A stretch of DNA of 64,000 nucleotides from Octopus sinensis (GCF_006345805.1 NC_042999.1:14818001-14882000), one strand, 5' to 3'; counted from the first letter of the stretch, positions 50,102 to 61,793 are shown. Made by a program: numbers and translations. Notes: generated from the letters alone by a model not told the origin.

Positions 50102-52382
50102 TTAGCGTCCGTTTTCCATGCTAGCATGGGTTGGAAGGCTTCATCAAGCCCAGTCAGATCTGGTAATGAATATGGTAATGAATATGGTAATGAAAGGGTT
50201 AAGGTAAACACTTTGTCTGTGCGATTAAGAATCCAGTAAGGTCCAGAATGTGGAGCTGTGAGAGCACGCTTCACTGCGTCATTGTGGATGAACACATGGG
50301 TCCACGTAGAAGTGTCCTTACGAATTGCAGACTTCATATCCACCAACAAGGAATAGTGGTGCAGGAAATTCACTCCCGGTATTGGGTACAGTAGATCCGC
50401 TATAATGAAAATCAATCTGAAATCTCTATGAAGAGACAAATCCAAAGTCAGAGAGACCTGTCCATAGGTGCGGATAGTAGAATGGTTAACTGTGTATAAA
50501 GATATGTCAGACGGTTGGGTTGGGGTTTAGAAGAAGTAAACCGTAAAGGCCAAGTACTGGCCCTGGCTCCTGTGTCAACCATGAAATATTTGGAAGAGTT
50601 GATATCCTTAACAAAACATGCACATCATCATCATCATCGTTTAACGTCCGCTTTCCATGCTAGCATGGGTTGGACGATTTTGACTGAGGGCTGGCAAACC
50701 AGATGGCTGCACCAGGCTCCAATCTTTATCTGGCAGAGTTTCTACAGCTGGATGCCCTTCCTAACGCCAACCACTCCGAGAGTGTAGTGGGTGCTTTTTA
50801 CGTGCCACCGGCACAATGTGGAGTATTTCTAGTTGTGGGATGATGTGCTGAGTCACCCTATAAATAAACATTATCACATTAATGATGTCACCGGTGTTCA
50901 TACACACCTACAGCACCATCATTAGAGTGTGAGACCAAAAAAACCTTCTGATATTTGTTCAGGCTGTTCACTTCCTGGGATCAAATCCTACCAAAGTGAA
51001 CTTTGCTCTTCATCTTTCCAGGATCAATAAAATAAAATACCAGGAAAATACAGAGCTTGAGATTATTATGTAACCCACCTCCTCTCGAATTTCAGGCCTT
51101 GTACCGATTTTAGAAATTATTATTATGAATAAAAGTATCATTAATCTTCTTTCCTCTTCCTCAAGACAACTCAGATGCTCCTTACAGTTGACTTGCGGTT
51201 TGTACGATGTCCCATAGCTGCAGGAAAATTTCCCAACTATATCCTCGTGTTTTGATCAAAGTGAGGCCTTCCTTTAGGTTCTTTTGCATGAATAGGCTTC
51301 CATAGCAACAACTGATCTACTACTTAATCCTTGTTTCTGATATTAATAATTGTTTTTAATTACAAAATTGTCCAACTTAATTGTCCAATTTAATTACGAA
51401 ATTGTCCAACTGATTATAGTTTGAAATAAGAAGGGAAAATACAGTTAAGAAAGGAAAGATGTATTATAAAGGAAAGATGTATTATAAAGGAAAGATGTAT
51501 TATTTATGAAGTTTCAGCTCCTCAACATGGTTTCTTCAAAGCAGGGGGAAAAGATTAAGGAAAGGAAAGGGAAGTGTTATCCAATAAGCAATCATAAAAC
51601 TTAAACTTACTTCAGTGCACAAACTGCATGATAGATGTGATCATAGTTTCTGACATTGTATTTAAATTCTTTCTTAATTCTGTGTAGAACAGAACATACC
51701 TCTTTTGCATAAGAAAGTGTCGTGGTACTGCTTGGTACAATTTCTGCCAGTGTAAAAAATATATCAGAGTTTAACTAAAATTTTAGCTAAAGATTTCAAC
51801 TACAATTGAGAGAAAAAATTCTGTATCCCTTCAATAGTAACCTAGCAATTTTTTTTTTTTTTTCACTTCTGTAATACTTTACAGAATATCACTGCTAAAG
51901 GCATGTAATCAGCTGGCTGTTATATTCTGTAAGATCTAATAACTATTGGCTTGAGCATGTGGTCAAGAAATTTGCTTCCAAATCATGTGACTTGAGGTTC
52001 AGCCCCCTCTGGAGCAACTTGGGCTAGTGTCTTCTACTATAGCCCCAAGCTGCCCAAGCCTTATGAGTGAATTTGGTTGACAGAAACTGAAAGAAACCAG
52101 ATGTGTATTAATTGAAATGTACAGTATAAAATATTAATTACACTCAAGCTTACCAGTCAGTTTTACACTGGTGTTCAATAGGATGTTAAGTAACATCCCA
52201 ATGATGTAACTCTGCACTCTTCAGAGTTAGCAGTTATATCATCATCATCATTTAATGCCTGCTTTCCAAGTGCTGACATGGGTCAGACAGTTTGACATGG
52301 AGCTGGCTAGCAGGGGGCTGTCCAGACTCCAGCTGTCTGTTGTGGCATGATTTCTACCACTGGATGCCCTTCTTAGTGTCAT

Positions 52383-52422
<40 letters not shown>

Positions 52423-55400
52423 TATTAATTGAAGTGTACAGTATTATATATCCATTATAGTTCTCTGGGAGATTCAGTGTGACAAGGCTGGCCTTTTGAA
52501 AGTGGACTGGAACAATGTGAAACAAAGTATCTTGCTTAAGGGACACAATGCACCATCGGGAATCAAACTCATGACACTATAATCAAGGGCCAAATACCCT
52601 AACCAATGAGCCATGTGCCTTCACAACATCTTTAATAACAATAATTGCTGAAGAACAACAAATGTCGCCCTCTGACTAAGTTCACCTTGGTTGTCTCTGA
52701 TGAGGCTGACACCAGAAATTATGGGTCTACAGAAATAGACCAGACAGTGGAGAGACTGCACCTTATACAATTCATCACTGCACCTTGGAAAGTGCAGCTT
52801 TACTTTTCTAAGAACAAGGGTATGGTATCCATCATTAGTTGTTTTAGTCATGAACCTTGCTGGACAGGGGTCAGCCCTGTTTGAATATCATTCCAAAGCC
52901 ACGTTTTCGGCTGGCTGTTGAGATGATGGAAATAACTGTGAGTAGTAATGATTACAGTAATTATTACAGTAATTATTACAGTAATTATTACCACATGTTT
53001 ATGTCCTGTCACAGGTAATCTATGATCCATGGCACTTTCTGACTGACACAACCTAACAGACAAAAAAAAAAAACCATCTTCAATTTTCTTAGTTGTGTGG
53101 CATGCCTGATTGGCAGAATATTTAGTGTTGAAGAATACCTTGAAGAATTTCTTTCAGCTGTTTTGGTTTTAAATTCAAATCTTGCCAAGATCACCCTTGT
53201 AGTTCATCTTTCTGGGGTTGATAACAAAAAAAAAAACATGTCAAATACTTAATTCAATAGAAATTTAAGCCCTTGGACCTACATAAAAGATCCATCATCA
53301 TTACAATCATTTAATGTCTGTTTTCCATGCTGGCATGGGCAGGATAGTTTGACAGGAGCTGGCCAGGCCCCAACTGTCTGCTTTGGTATGGTTTCTACAG
53401 CTGAATGCCTTTCCTAATGCCAGCCACTTTACCAAGTGTACCAGTTGCTTTTCATGTGGCACCAGTTTTATATGTGAGCTGGCATAGGTGCTTATTACAT
53501 GGCACCAGCATATAAAAAAAATTGGTAGTATCTGTTTTGTTCTTGGAATATTTTTAGTGTAATTTTTATTCATTGATGGTGTTGTTGCTTTGATCTCTTT
53601 GGTGCCTGCTGTAAACTTCACTGTTTTTAGAGTCAGCCTTCTTTGTTCTAAGAATAAGTCATATGCAGGTTAACTTCATCTGTCACCTCACTGGGGTTAG
53701 TAAACTTGGGAATAAGTAAGGTATATGAAGTAGCATACAACATAAATTCTCAATTTATTAAAATTCTCTTTACCTAAAGGAGAAGGAGAGACAATCAAAA
53801 TATCCAAAGTTGACAAGCTGTTAAGATAAAGGGTAGGCTTAGTATCCAATCATTTACCCAGCAGCCAAAGAACTATCTATATCATCATCATCGTTTAACG
53901 TCCGCTTTCCATGCTAGCATGGGTTGGACAGTTCGACCGGGGTCTGGGAAGCCAGGAGGCTGCACCAAGCTCCAGTCTGATCTAGCAGTGTTTCTACAGC
54001 GAATGCCCTTCCTAACGCCAACTGCTCCATGAGTGTAGTGGGTGCTTTTTACATGCCACCAGCACAGGGGACAGAGGAGGCTGGCAAACGGCCACGATCA
54101 GTTGGTGCTTTTACGTGTCACTGACACGAACACCAGTCAGGCGGTGCTGGCATCTGCCACGTTCGGATGGTGCTTTTTACGTGTGACCGGCATGGGTATC
54201 TTAACTACAATTTTCATTTAACTTTTATTTGATGTTGGTGTTGACGTACTTGACTCAATAGGTCTCCTCAAGAACAGCGGGTCAATCTATGAGATATTCT
54301 AAAAGAGAGGAACACAATCAGGGCTGAGGTAATTTGTATGAATTAAACAAAAATGCTAAAAGAACTATCTGAGAGTGACACTGGGGCATGTAAATGAACA
54401 ACATAAACAATGAATACAGGTATATCAAATGCCATACAACAAATTCTTGAGTAATTAAAATTACCTCTGCCTCAAAGAGATGTGATCGAATTACCAAATT
54501 ACAATCCAGACTAGATCCACATGAGAAATGGAGATAAAATCAAGAATTAAAAAAATCTCCAACGCTGACATGCCATTAAATAAAAGAACAAGTTCATTAA
54601 CTTGAAATAAGAAGACATTCTTGGACTTTAGATTTTGGAGAATTCTTGAATGAATGTTGAGATTATCTCTCTTTCTCATGTGGAGCTGATTTTGAAAGCC
54701 ATTTGGTAATTATAACACATCTTCTAGAGGTAGCGTGTTAATAAATCAAGAATATTTGAAGTAAGGTATTTGAGACACCTGTACTTGTCTATATTGTTCA
54801 AATATATGTCATAGGCCATTCTGAGTTATTCCTCTAAACTCATCATCATCATTTAACGTCTGTTTTCCATGCTAGCATGGGTTGGATGATTTTTGACTGA
54901 GGGCTGGCGAACCAGATGGCTGCACCAGGCTCCAATCTTGATCTGGCAGAGTTTCTACAGCTGGATGCCCTTCCTAATGCCAACCACTCCGAGAGTGTAG
55001 TGGGTGCTTTTACGTGCCACTGGCAATGACCTCTCTCAAATCTTTTTACACATGCCACCGGCACAAGTGCCAGTAAGGCGATTTTTGTTTAAATGTAGCA
55101 GCACATGAACTGCATATGGACCCTCAAAATCAAACATGAAAAGTACCCCCAGTGAAATGCAATCAACAGAAAGGGAAATATGTAATCTTACCTGTTAAAT
55201 ATGATGAATCGTCTGGTTCAGGATATATGAGGCATTTTTCAATGAGAAGTAAAGGCTTTTTCTTTGTATTGGATGTAAAATATGAAATAGTAGAGGAATC
55301 AGAAGTCACTTCAATAAAATTGAAAAATATCATCTGGTCATCTGATCTAACGTTGAATTCCTTCGCAATTTTGTCTTTCAGATATGGAATTCTGTGAACA

Positions 55401-56131
55401 AAAATTATATACAGTACAAAATAAATTATATTATATACTATGTATGTGTATATATATATAATAATGAAATATGAAATATACTCCTTTTACTTGTTTCAGT
55501 CATTTGACTGTGGCCATGCTGGGGCACCGCCTTTAGTCGAGTAAATCGACCCCAGGACTTATTCTTTGTAAGCCCAGTACTTATTCTATTGGTCACTTTT
55601 GCCGGACCGCTAAGTGACGGGGACGTAAACACACCAGCATCGGTTGTCAAGCAATGCTAGGGGGACAAACACAGACACACATACACATATATATATATAT
55701 ACATATATATGACAGGCTTCTTTCAGTTTCGTCTACCAAATCCACTCACAAGGCATTGGTCAACCCGGGGCTATAGCAGAAGACACTTGCCCAAGATGCC
55801 ACGCAGTGGGACTGAACCTGGAACCATGTGGTTGGTTAGCAAGCTACTTACCACACAGCCACTCCTGCGCCTATTTATATATAAAATAAATAAGTCAACA
55901 TTTTAATATCCTAAAGTTGATGAGCCAACTAATGTGCTTCTCCATTTTCTTATTTGCAATATAAATTAATGGTAAAATATTTCTTTACCTTCACCCATTT
56001 AATACAATAAGTAGGTTTATTGCATTGCAATTAAAAACACTTGTGTATTAATAATTGGGTATTATACCAACAGTAAATTGGATAAGTATTATCCCTTAGT
56101 GGATTGGATCCACAACCCCTAACTTACGTGG

Positions 56132-56166
<35 letters not shown>

Positions 56167-59100
56167 AGTATGTGAATGAATTATCTTAGTATTGATAATT
56201 TGGTTAATCGATACCTGGGTAGCAAATTTACGTCAGAAAACACGGTTGAAGCTACATGCCAGGGACAGAAACCCCGTGTTCTTGTGTGGTAATTTGTGTG
56301 TTTTTTTATATGAATAAATGAAAGAATGGAGTCGAATGAAGATTTTAACAAAATTCCTTTACTCTCAACACATGTTTCGAAGACTGCATACCCCTAATTC
56401 CGAAGGAATAAAGGGTGCATTATGCCATCTTCTCATCAGGAAAGACAAAGAACCTCTATCAGCCTCAAGACGAACAAAAACATATATATATATATCTTGT
56501 ATACTTTGATAGGTTTCGGCCATGTCTAACTTAATAGCACCACCTTAAGATATATAACTACCACTGTCTGAGTTAGAACTCTACCTTTTTATTATCATTA
56601 TCACAAGAGATAATAATAAATACGAATTATACGTTTGTATCAAAGCAGAAAAATGCAATCCATCACTTTACTGCCCCCCCCCCCAAAAAAAATGGGGTGG
56701 CCAAATCTGGAATGTGTTTGGTCAAAGGTTTGTTCAGTGAGCATTGATCCAGTATAGTCTAAACAGCAATAAAGAGAAAGAGGAAATTGATATTTACTTT
56801 GCATTGTAATCCAGGTAACACGTGACCAATCTTCCAGTGGATGGCTGGAATATAGATATGTCTCTTTTATTCAAAATGCTGTCAACTTTGTCAAGGTACT
56901 CCTGTATACTGGCATTGTCATTGGATGTTATAAGCAAACGTCTGATAATCTTCTCAAATTTCCTCTTCATAATACTGAAAATATAAAGTGATTCTGTACA
57001 TAGATGAGAAAGTCTCAAATTTATCAAAGAATGATAAATAACAATAAATATCTGATGCAATTTCAGAAGAACATCAATAAAATAATGATGAATTGCATAT
57101 TTATTTGTAATACACTCAGGCAAATTTGAATGTGAATATATTAATCAAGTGTTATGAACATACTTGATTCATTAGATCAAGGGTCTCTGGGACACCCGGG
57201 ATTTCAACATCATTATGACTCTTCAGTCAAAGGCACCCAGACTAATGAATCTACAAAAGTTTTTGTTTGTAACTTCCTTGAACAACCTGTTTACTGTCCT
57301 AGAATCCCTTGTGCTAATGAACTGAGTGTTATGAGCAAACATTCATCACAAAATGAGAAGTTGTTCTTCAGTGACAAAACACAAGAGCAATTTGCTGTCA
57401 TCATCATCATCATCATTATTGTTTAACGTCCGCTTTACATGCTAGCATGGGTTGGACGATTTGAATGAGGACTGGAGAACCAGATGGCCGTGCCAGGCTC
57501 CAATTAGATCTGGCAGAGTTTCTACAGCTGGATGCCCTTCCTAATGCCAACCACTCCGAGAGTGTAGTGGGTGCTTTTAAAGTGCCACCGGCACGAGGGC
57601 CAGTCTGGCGGTACTGGCAATGGCCACACTCGCAAATGGTGTTTTTTACGTGTCACCAGCACAAGAGTCAGTCCAGCAGCACTGGCAACGACCTTGCTCG
57701 AATGTTTTATTCACATACCAGTGAGGCGATGCTGACAACGATCACGCTCAAATGGTACTCTTTACATGCCAGACAACTGCTCTGGCAGTGATCCCGCTTG
57801 GCTTGAGCTGTTAGCGCTCCACTGGCATGTGTGCCAGTCATCGAATTTGGTTCAATTTCAATTTCACTTGCCCCAACAGGTCTTTGCAAGCAGAGTTTAG
57901 TGTCCAGTGAAGGGAGGTTGGCATGGGTGTCAGTTGACGAATTTGGTTCAATTTCGAATTCAATTTCGATTTGGAGGTGGTCTTGAATATTCTGCAGAGA
58001 CACCACTAGTAGAATGCATTTTACTTCTCAGTAATCTTGGAAGTAATTTTTTCAGTTGTCAATTTGATTTATACTGTTTATTGTGCATATGAGGATTTAT
58101 TAATAGGAGAAATGTGAAATTGTTGCAAATGAGAATTGAGACCAAGTCATAAGAGGAAGGATAATTCCCATGATTGTATTTTGTAGAACTTCTGAAATTG
58201 GGAGTGAGGAGAAGAATGGTAAAAAGAAAAAAAAATATTCCTAAATTATGAGTCAACATTAGTGTGGAGATCTGTTATGAATGTTTGCCACAGATTAGAC
58301 TCTGCTACGAGCACCTAAAGGTTAGATGTTCGTGTTAAGGTGGGCAATGAACTTAGTCACCCACCCAAGTTGGAGTTCGTTGAAATCTTACCTCTTCTCT
58401 ACTTTTTGTGGTTCACAGTTAAGAGGAAATTATCATCATCATCATCATCATCATCACCAGACCACCAGTACCCCCCCCACCCAGCATTATTATTTAATGA
58501 TCATGTACTGTACTAAAATGGGTTGGGTACAAGGAATCATCATCATAGTTTAACGTCCGTTTTCCATGCTAGCATGGGTTGGATGGTTTGACCGGGGTCT
58601 GGGAAGCCAGGAGGCTGCACCAGGCTTCAGTCTGATCTGGCAGTGTTTCTACAGCTGGATGCCCTTCCTAATGCCAACCACTCCGTGAGTTTAGTGGGTG
58701 CTTTTTACGTGCTACCGGCACAGGTGTAAGGGGAGGCTGGTAACGGCCATGATCGGTTGGTGGTTTTTATGTGCCACCGGCACGGAAGCCAGTCAAGGCA
58801 GTGCTGGCATCGGCCACGTACGGATGGTGCTTTTTACGTGCCAGGGGAGGCTGGAAACGGCTACAATCAGTTGGTGGCTTTTTACGTGCCACCGGCACGG
58901 AAGCCAGTCGAGGCAGCGCTGGCATCAGCCACGTACAGATAGTGCTTTTTACATGCCAGGGGAGGCTGGCAACGGCCAGGATCGGTTGGTACTTTTTATG
59001 TGCCACCAGCATGGATGTGCCATATATAAAAAAAAAAATACAGAAGAGAGCATTGTCTTGCTAAGAACAGAAACCTGAAAAAATGACTTCCAAGATTCTA

Positions 59101-61793
59101 CTAGTGGTGTCTCTGCAGAATATTCAAGATCGCCTCCAAAGACAGAATCACAAACTCTGAAGTCACAAGAAGAACCAATATGAGCGGCCTGTGTGAGGAG
59201 ACTTTGGTAGAAAGAAAAATGAGACTTGCAGATCTTGGTTTCCATCTGCCTGAAGAATGAATACCCCAGATGGCTATACAATTGGTTCCACCAAAGGGAC
59301 GAAGAAAGAGAGGGAAGAAGATGTCATGGTATGCCACATGACACATGCATCTATGCTCAAAGCTGAGATGTTTATGGACATCTTGCTGCTCAATGAGCAG
59401 ACAAACTGTGTGGAAAGAACAAAGGATAAAAATTTAACCCTTTAGTGTTCAGATTATTCTATCAAACATAATGCTTATTGATTCCCATTGATTTGAATTA
59501 ATCATGCATTATCTCATATCTTCAAGATCTTGATGGTATAATTACTTAATGTAGAATAACATTGTAAAGTAGGTGTGAGAGCCTGGATCTGGTCAGTTTG
59601 AACATAAAACAGATTAACTATTTTGGCCGGATATGGCCGGTTTAAATACTAAAGGGTTAAAAATTACAACTGAAATTTACCTTGAGAGTTTGCATGTTTC
59701 TGGTAATTCTCTCTCCCAGGAAATCGCATCACTTTCTGTTTCATTGGCTGATATTGCTGAAGTGGGTCTTTTAGAAAGCATTTCATACCTGTTTTGAATC
59801 ATACAGTAACATAAATTAATTACTTAAAATAAAATTGAAAAGAGAAATAGATGAGATGCTGCAAACCTTGTAAAAAGGATAGGCGCAGGAGTGGCTGTGT
59901 GGTAAGTAGCTTGTTTACCAACCACATGGTTCCGGGTTCAGTCCCACTGCGTGGTACCTTGGGCAAGTGTCTTCTACTATAGCCTCGGGCCGACCAAAGC
60001 CTAGTGAGTGGATTTGGTAGACGGAAACTGAAAGAAGCCTGTCGTATATATGTATATATATATATATGTATGTGTGTGTATATGTTTGTGTGTCTGTGCT
60101 TGACAACCGATGCTGGTGTGTTTATGTCCCCGTAACTTAGCGGTTCGGCAAAAGAGACCGATAGAAAAAATTCTGGGCTTACAAAAGAATAAGTCCCGGG
60201 GTCGGTTTGCTCGATTAAAAGGCGGGGCTCCAGCATGGCTGCAGTCAAATGACTGAAACAAGTAAAAGAGTAAAGAGTAAAGAGTAATATGGGCACCAGG
60301 CCACACATTTTGCTTGAATGATAAAAAAAAAAAACCCAGAGTAAAAGCAAGAACTTATAGGGATACGAGATGTTTGGGCTAAATTTGACGATTTCTTTCA
60401 TGTCTCCTTTTTTCAGGAACATATTTTTTCAGGTATTGGTGAAGTCAACGGCATTGGAGCACATAAAGAATGAAGTAGTAGTTACTCTTTTACTTGTTTC
60501 AGTCAATTGACGGTGGCCATGCTGGAGCACTGGCTTTTAGTCAAGCAAATCGCCCCCCAAGACTTATTCTTTGTCAACCTAGTACTTATTCTATTAGTCT
60601 CTTCTGCCGAACTGCTAAGTTATGAGGACGTAAACACACCAGCATCGGTTGTCAAGCAATGTTGGGGAGAAAAGCACAAACATACACACACACACACACA
60701 CATACATACATATATCTATACATTTATACGAAGGGGTTCTTTCAATTTCCCTCAACCAAATCCACTTACAAGGCTTTGGTCGGCCCAAGGCTATAGTAGA
60801 AGACACTTGCCCAAGGTGCTACGCAGTGGGACTGAACCATGAACCGTGTAGTTCATAACAAATTACTTACCACACAGCCACTCCTATGCCTATAGTTGAG
60901 AAAAAATTTAGCTGACACAGAGGACTAGAAGCCATCTGAATATTGGAAAAGAGTTAACTCTTTCATTACCATATTTCTGTTGAGATGTTCTGGGTTATTT
61001 TCAATTAATTCTAAATATAACAAAGAGCTTAATTATCATTAAGCTCCTGTATTGAACATAAATTGTGACTAAGTTTTGGTGGAAGATTTTAATTCAAAAC
61101 TTATGAAAACAAGGCATTTGTACTAAGAGCCAGTTTCAGCCGGGTTGGTAACAAAAGAGTTAATATTTGTTTTGTCTTAGTATTGAGCAGATATTCTGCT
61201 CAGATGGGTACTCATGATGGGAATATTGGGCTTTATATATTTTTACTCTAGTCTCACTCTGATGGCATGCACTGCTCTGTTACTCAATAGTAATAATAAA
61301 GGAAATTAAAATAGAGTGCCCAATAGAACCGTTACAAAAGGCTAGTCTCCTTGGCATTGCCAGAATAATCAGGAAAGCAAGTATTAGATAATTGAAAAGA
61401 ACAGATAGCATGGTACCAAGTCTACTGTGCATGCAATACTCCAGGAATTCCAACAAAACCTGAGATAAAAAGAAAGATAATTAGAAGAAAAAGAAGAAAA
61501 GGAAGAAGAAGAGCAAAAAGAGCAAGAAAAAAAGAGCAGGAAGAAGAAGAAGAAAAGAAGAAGAAAACGAAGAGGAAGGAGCAGAAAGATAAGTAGGAGA
61601 AAGAAGAAGAAGTAGTAGTCTCACTATTAAAATCATACCTGAGTTGGCGGTTTCTCCGATACCCAGCTTGAGTTTGGAAAGGAATATGTCCTGTTATGAC
61701 GTGATATAGCATGATTCCTAAACTCCAGGAATCTGTATCTTTAACTCCACTTGACTCATCACTGATGAAAGCTTTCCGGAAAATAGCCGGATG
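32296..61793 (-). CDS. IKBKE-like: Divergent TBK1/IKK-epsilon-like Ser/Thr kinase gene, 5'-partial (11 exons in window, 417 aa)
   Basis: Exons 61639-61793, 59681-59788, 56798-56974, 55192-55391, 51611-51743, 46381-46441, 41540-41613, 38138-38233, 35333-35431, 33860-33923 and 32296-32382 join through GT-AG introns into one open frame of 1254 nt. The first exons read HPAIFRKA..DSWSLGIMLYHVITGHIPFQTQAGYRRNRQLRYEMLSKRPTSAISA..ISWERELPETCKLS, matching the TBK1/IKKe pattern HPDMYERA..DLWSIGVTFYHAATGSLPF...GPRRN..MYKIITGKPSGAISG..IDWSGDMPVSCSLS. Orthology within the family is unresolved. Confidence 0.85.
32728..33245 (-). mobile_element. hAT transposon remnant
   Basis: TRLCGLSMIFVEHKLSSRLYYSELINDYAK resembles the hAT C-terminal dimerization region; subterminal ggcccc repeats. 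Confidence 0.65.
33246..33530 (-). mobile_element. Older CR1 3' fragment
   Basis: MDTLVLRYLAADSVDTHKII..THGH..FFMLRITAAWNKLLASVV. Confidence 0.8.
33860..33923 (-). CDS. IKK-related kinase exon (helical)
   Basis: ctgttgcag/gtaact; DTLNNLKAIREFRGFIFKQIK; phase 2/0. Confidence 0.72.
34795..35180 (+). mobile_element. tRNA(Arg)-like SINE family D, full length
   Basis: gtggaggcgcaatggcccagtggttagg head, ggtttcgattccc B box; TSD ataataacata. Confidence 0.88.
35333..35431 (-). CDS. IKK-related kinase exon (helical, ends EWK)
   Basis: tttttcag/gttggt; SSLKTMYENASLRFQNSYQEKLKIIKEFREWK, aligning with the TBK1 EEWIR position; phase 2/2. Confidence 0.78.
35839..36200 (-). mobile_element. tRNA(Arg)-like SINE family D, full length, inverted relative to the 34795 copy
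   Basis: Reverse complement of the 34795-35180 copy with a small deletion. Confidence 0.88.
37547..37788 (+). mobile_element. Internally deleted non-autonomous Helitron
   Basis: Same termini as the 28956 copy. Confidence 0.85.
38138..38233 (-). CDS. IKK-related kinase exon (helical)
   Basis: tttttgcag/gtatgt; YKSTKAQYKDVKDLIDKLKSNEFDNKTLNQK; phase 2/2. Confidence 0.78.
38296..38686 (+). mobile_element. SINE family A
   Basis: Match to family; followed by an inverted older copy to about 38950. Confidence 0.88.
39620..40218. repeat. ~600-bp (CAT)/(CAC)n trinucleotide array
   Basis: Pure triplet array adjoining a family C-type SINE tail. Confidence 0.97.
41540..41613 (-). CDS. IKK-related kinase exon (helical)
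   Basis: Long pyrimidine tract plus tcaag, donor gtaagt; EIVKDEVQKIHNCKTFSLETNSIK; phase 0/2. Confidence 0.75.
41706..42394. mobile_element. Second copy of the Merlin/Mutator-like MITE, split by a SINE A insertion (41807-42230)
   Basis: Same TIRs as the 3056 copy in opposite orientation; 9-bp TSD gcaaatatg. Confidence 0.82.
41807..45840. repeat. Tandem triplication of a ~1.34-kb intronic segment
   Basis: Units start at 41807, 43148 and 44495; each is SINE A + right half of MITE + spacer + SINE B + spacer. Confidence 0.95.
46381..46441 (-). CDS. IKK-related kinase exon (helical)
   Basis: tcttttgcag/gtaagt; SLTLSEMRACEELIKNFELS; phase 2/0. Confidence 0.78.
46928..48026. mobile_element. Head-to-head pair of near-identical non-autonomous Helitrons (46928-47450 -, 47530-48026 +)
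   Basis: Outer ends are CTAG plus hairpin; arms are reverse complements. Confidence 0.88.
49383..50912 (-). mobile_element. Collapsed Ty3/Gypsy LTR retrotransposon
   Basis: Protease FMVDTGA..IRTYGQVSLTLDLSLHRDFRLIFIIADL..FLHHYSLLVD joined to integrase tail THVFIHNDAVKRALTAPHSGPYWILNRTDKVFTL..TISVNGLKKA; ~45-bp terminal repeats at 50866-50912 and 49383-49425; poly-G PPT at 49431-49442. Confidence 0.82.
51150..51325 (-). mobile_element. RTE-clade LINE 3' remnant
   Basis: QLLLWKPIHAKEPKGRP...AAMGHR pattern. Confidence 0.6.
51611..51743 (-). CDS. IKK-related kinase exon, start of scaffold/dimerization domain
   Basis: ctggcag/gtaagt; EIVPSSTTTLSYAKEVCSVLHRIKKEFKYNVRNYDHIYHAVCAL; phase 1/2. Confidence 0.8.
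55192..55391 (-). CDS. IKK-related kinase exon, ubiquitin-like domain
   Basis: ttcacag/gtaaga; IPYLKDKIAKEFNVRSDDQMIFFNFIEV...TKKKPLLLIEKCLIYPEPDDSSYLT; phase 2/1. Confidence 0.87.
55480..55872 (-). mobile_element. SINE family A, full length
   Basis: Match to family. Confidence 0.9.
56798..56974 (-). CDS. IKK-related kinase exon, end of kinase domain / start of ubiquitin-like domain
   Basis: ttttcag/gtaaat; IMKRKFEKIIRRLLITSNDNASIQEYLDKVDSILNKRDISIFQPSTGRLVTCYLDYNA; phase 2/2. Confidence 0.88.
59235..59400 (+). mobile_element. RTE-clade LINE 3' remnant
   Basis: LPEE*IPQMAIQLVPPKGRRKRGKKMSW. Confidence 0.6.
59438..59656. mobile_element. piggyBac-like MITE (second family)
   Basis: TTAA|CCCTTTAGTGTT...AATACTAAAGGG|TTAA. 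Confidence 0.8.
59681..59788 (-). CDS. IKK-related kinase exon, subdomain X and family-specific insert
   Basis: aacag/gtaaat; YEMLSKRPTSAISANETESDAISWERELPETCKLS; phase 2/2. Confidence 0.92.
59881..60891. mobile_element. Tail-to-tail inverted pair of SINE family A (59881-60286 +, 60483-60891 -)
   Basis: Match to family. Confidence 0.88.
61295..61470 (+). mobile_element. R4/Dong-like (RLE) LINE 3' remnant
   Basis: IEPLQKASLLGIARIIRK matches the LQKxxLLGTAxILR C-terminal motif. Confidence 0.65.
61639..61793 (-). CDS. IKK-related kinase exon, subdomains VIII-IX
   Basis: Acceptor catttaatttag, donor gtatga; HPAIFRKAFISDESSGVKDTDSWSLGIMLYHVITGHIPFQTQAGYRRNRQL; phase 0/2. Confidence 0.93.

Noticed and set aside
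51700-51743. Separate 44-bp exon using the gtatgt donor at 51699
   Set aside because: The frame stays open to the stronger gtaagt donor at 51610, which gives the phase needed downstream
56165-56530. Additional hammerhead motifs in a Penelope-like remnant (also 63350-63480)
   Set aside because: Only half-cores or degenerate cores; stems cannot be completed
57154-57426. 90-aa + strand ORF in unique-looking DNA
   Set aside because: No motif, antisense within a kinase intron, runs into a SINE tail; likely decayed LINE
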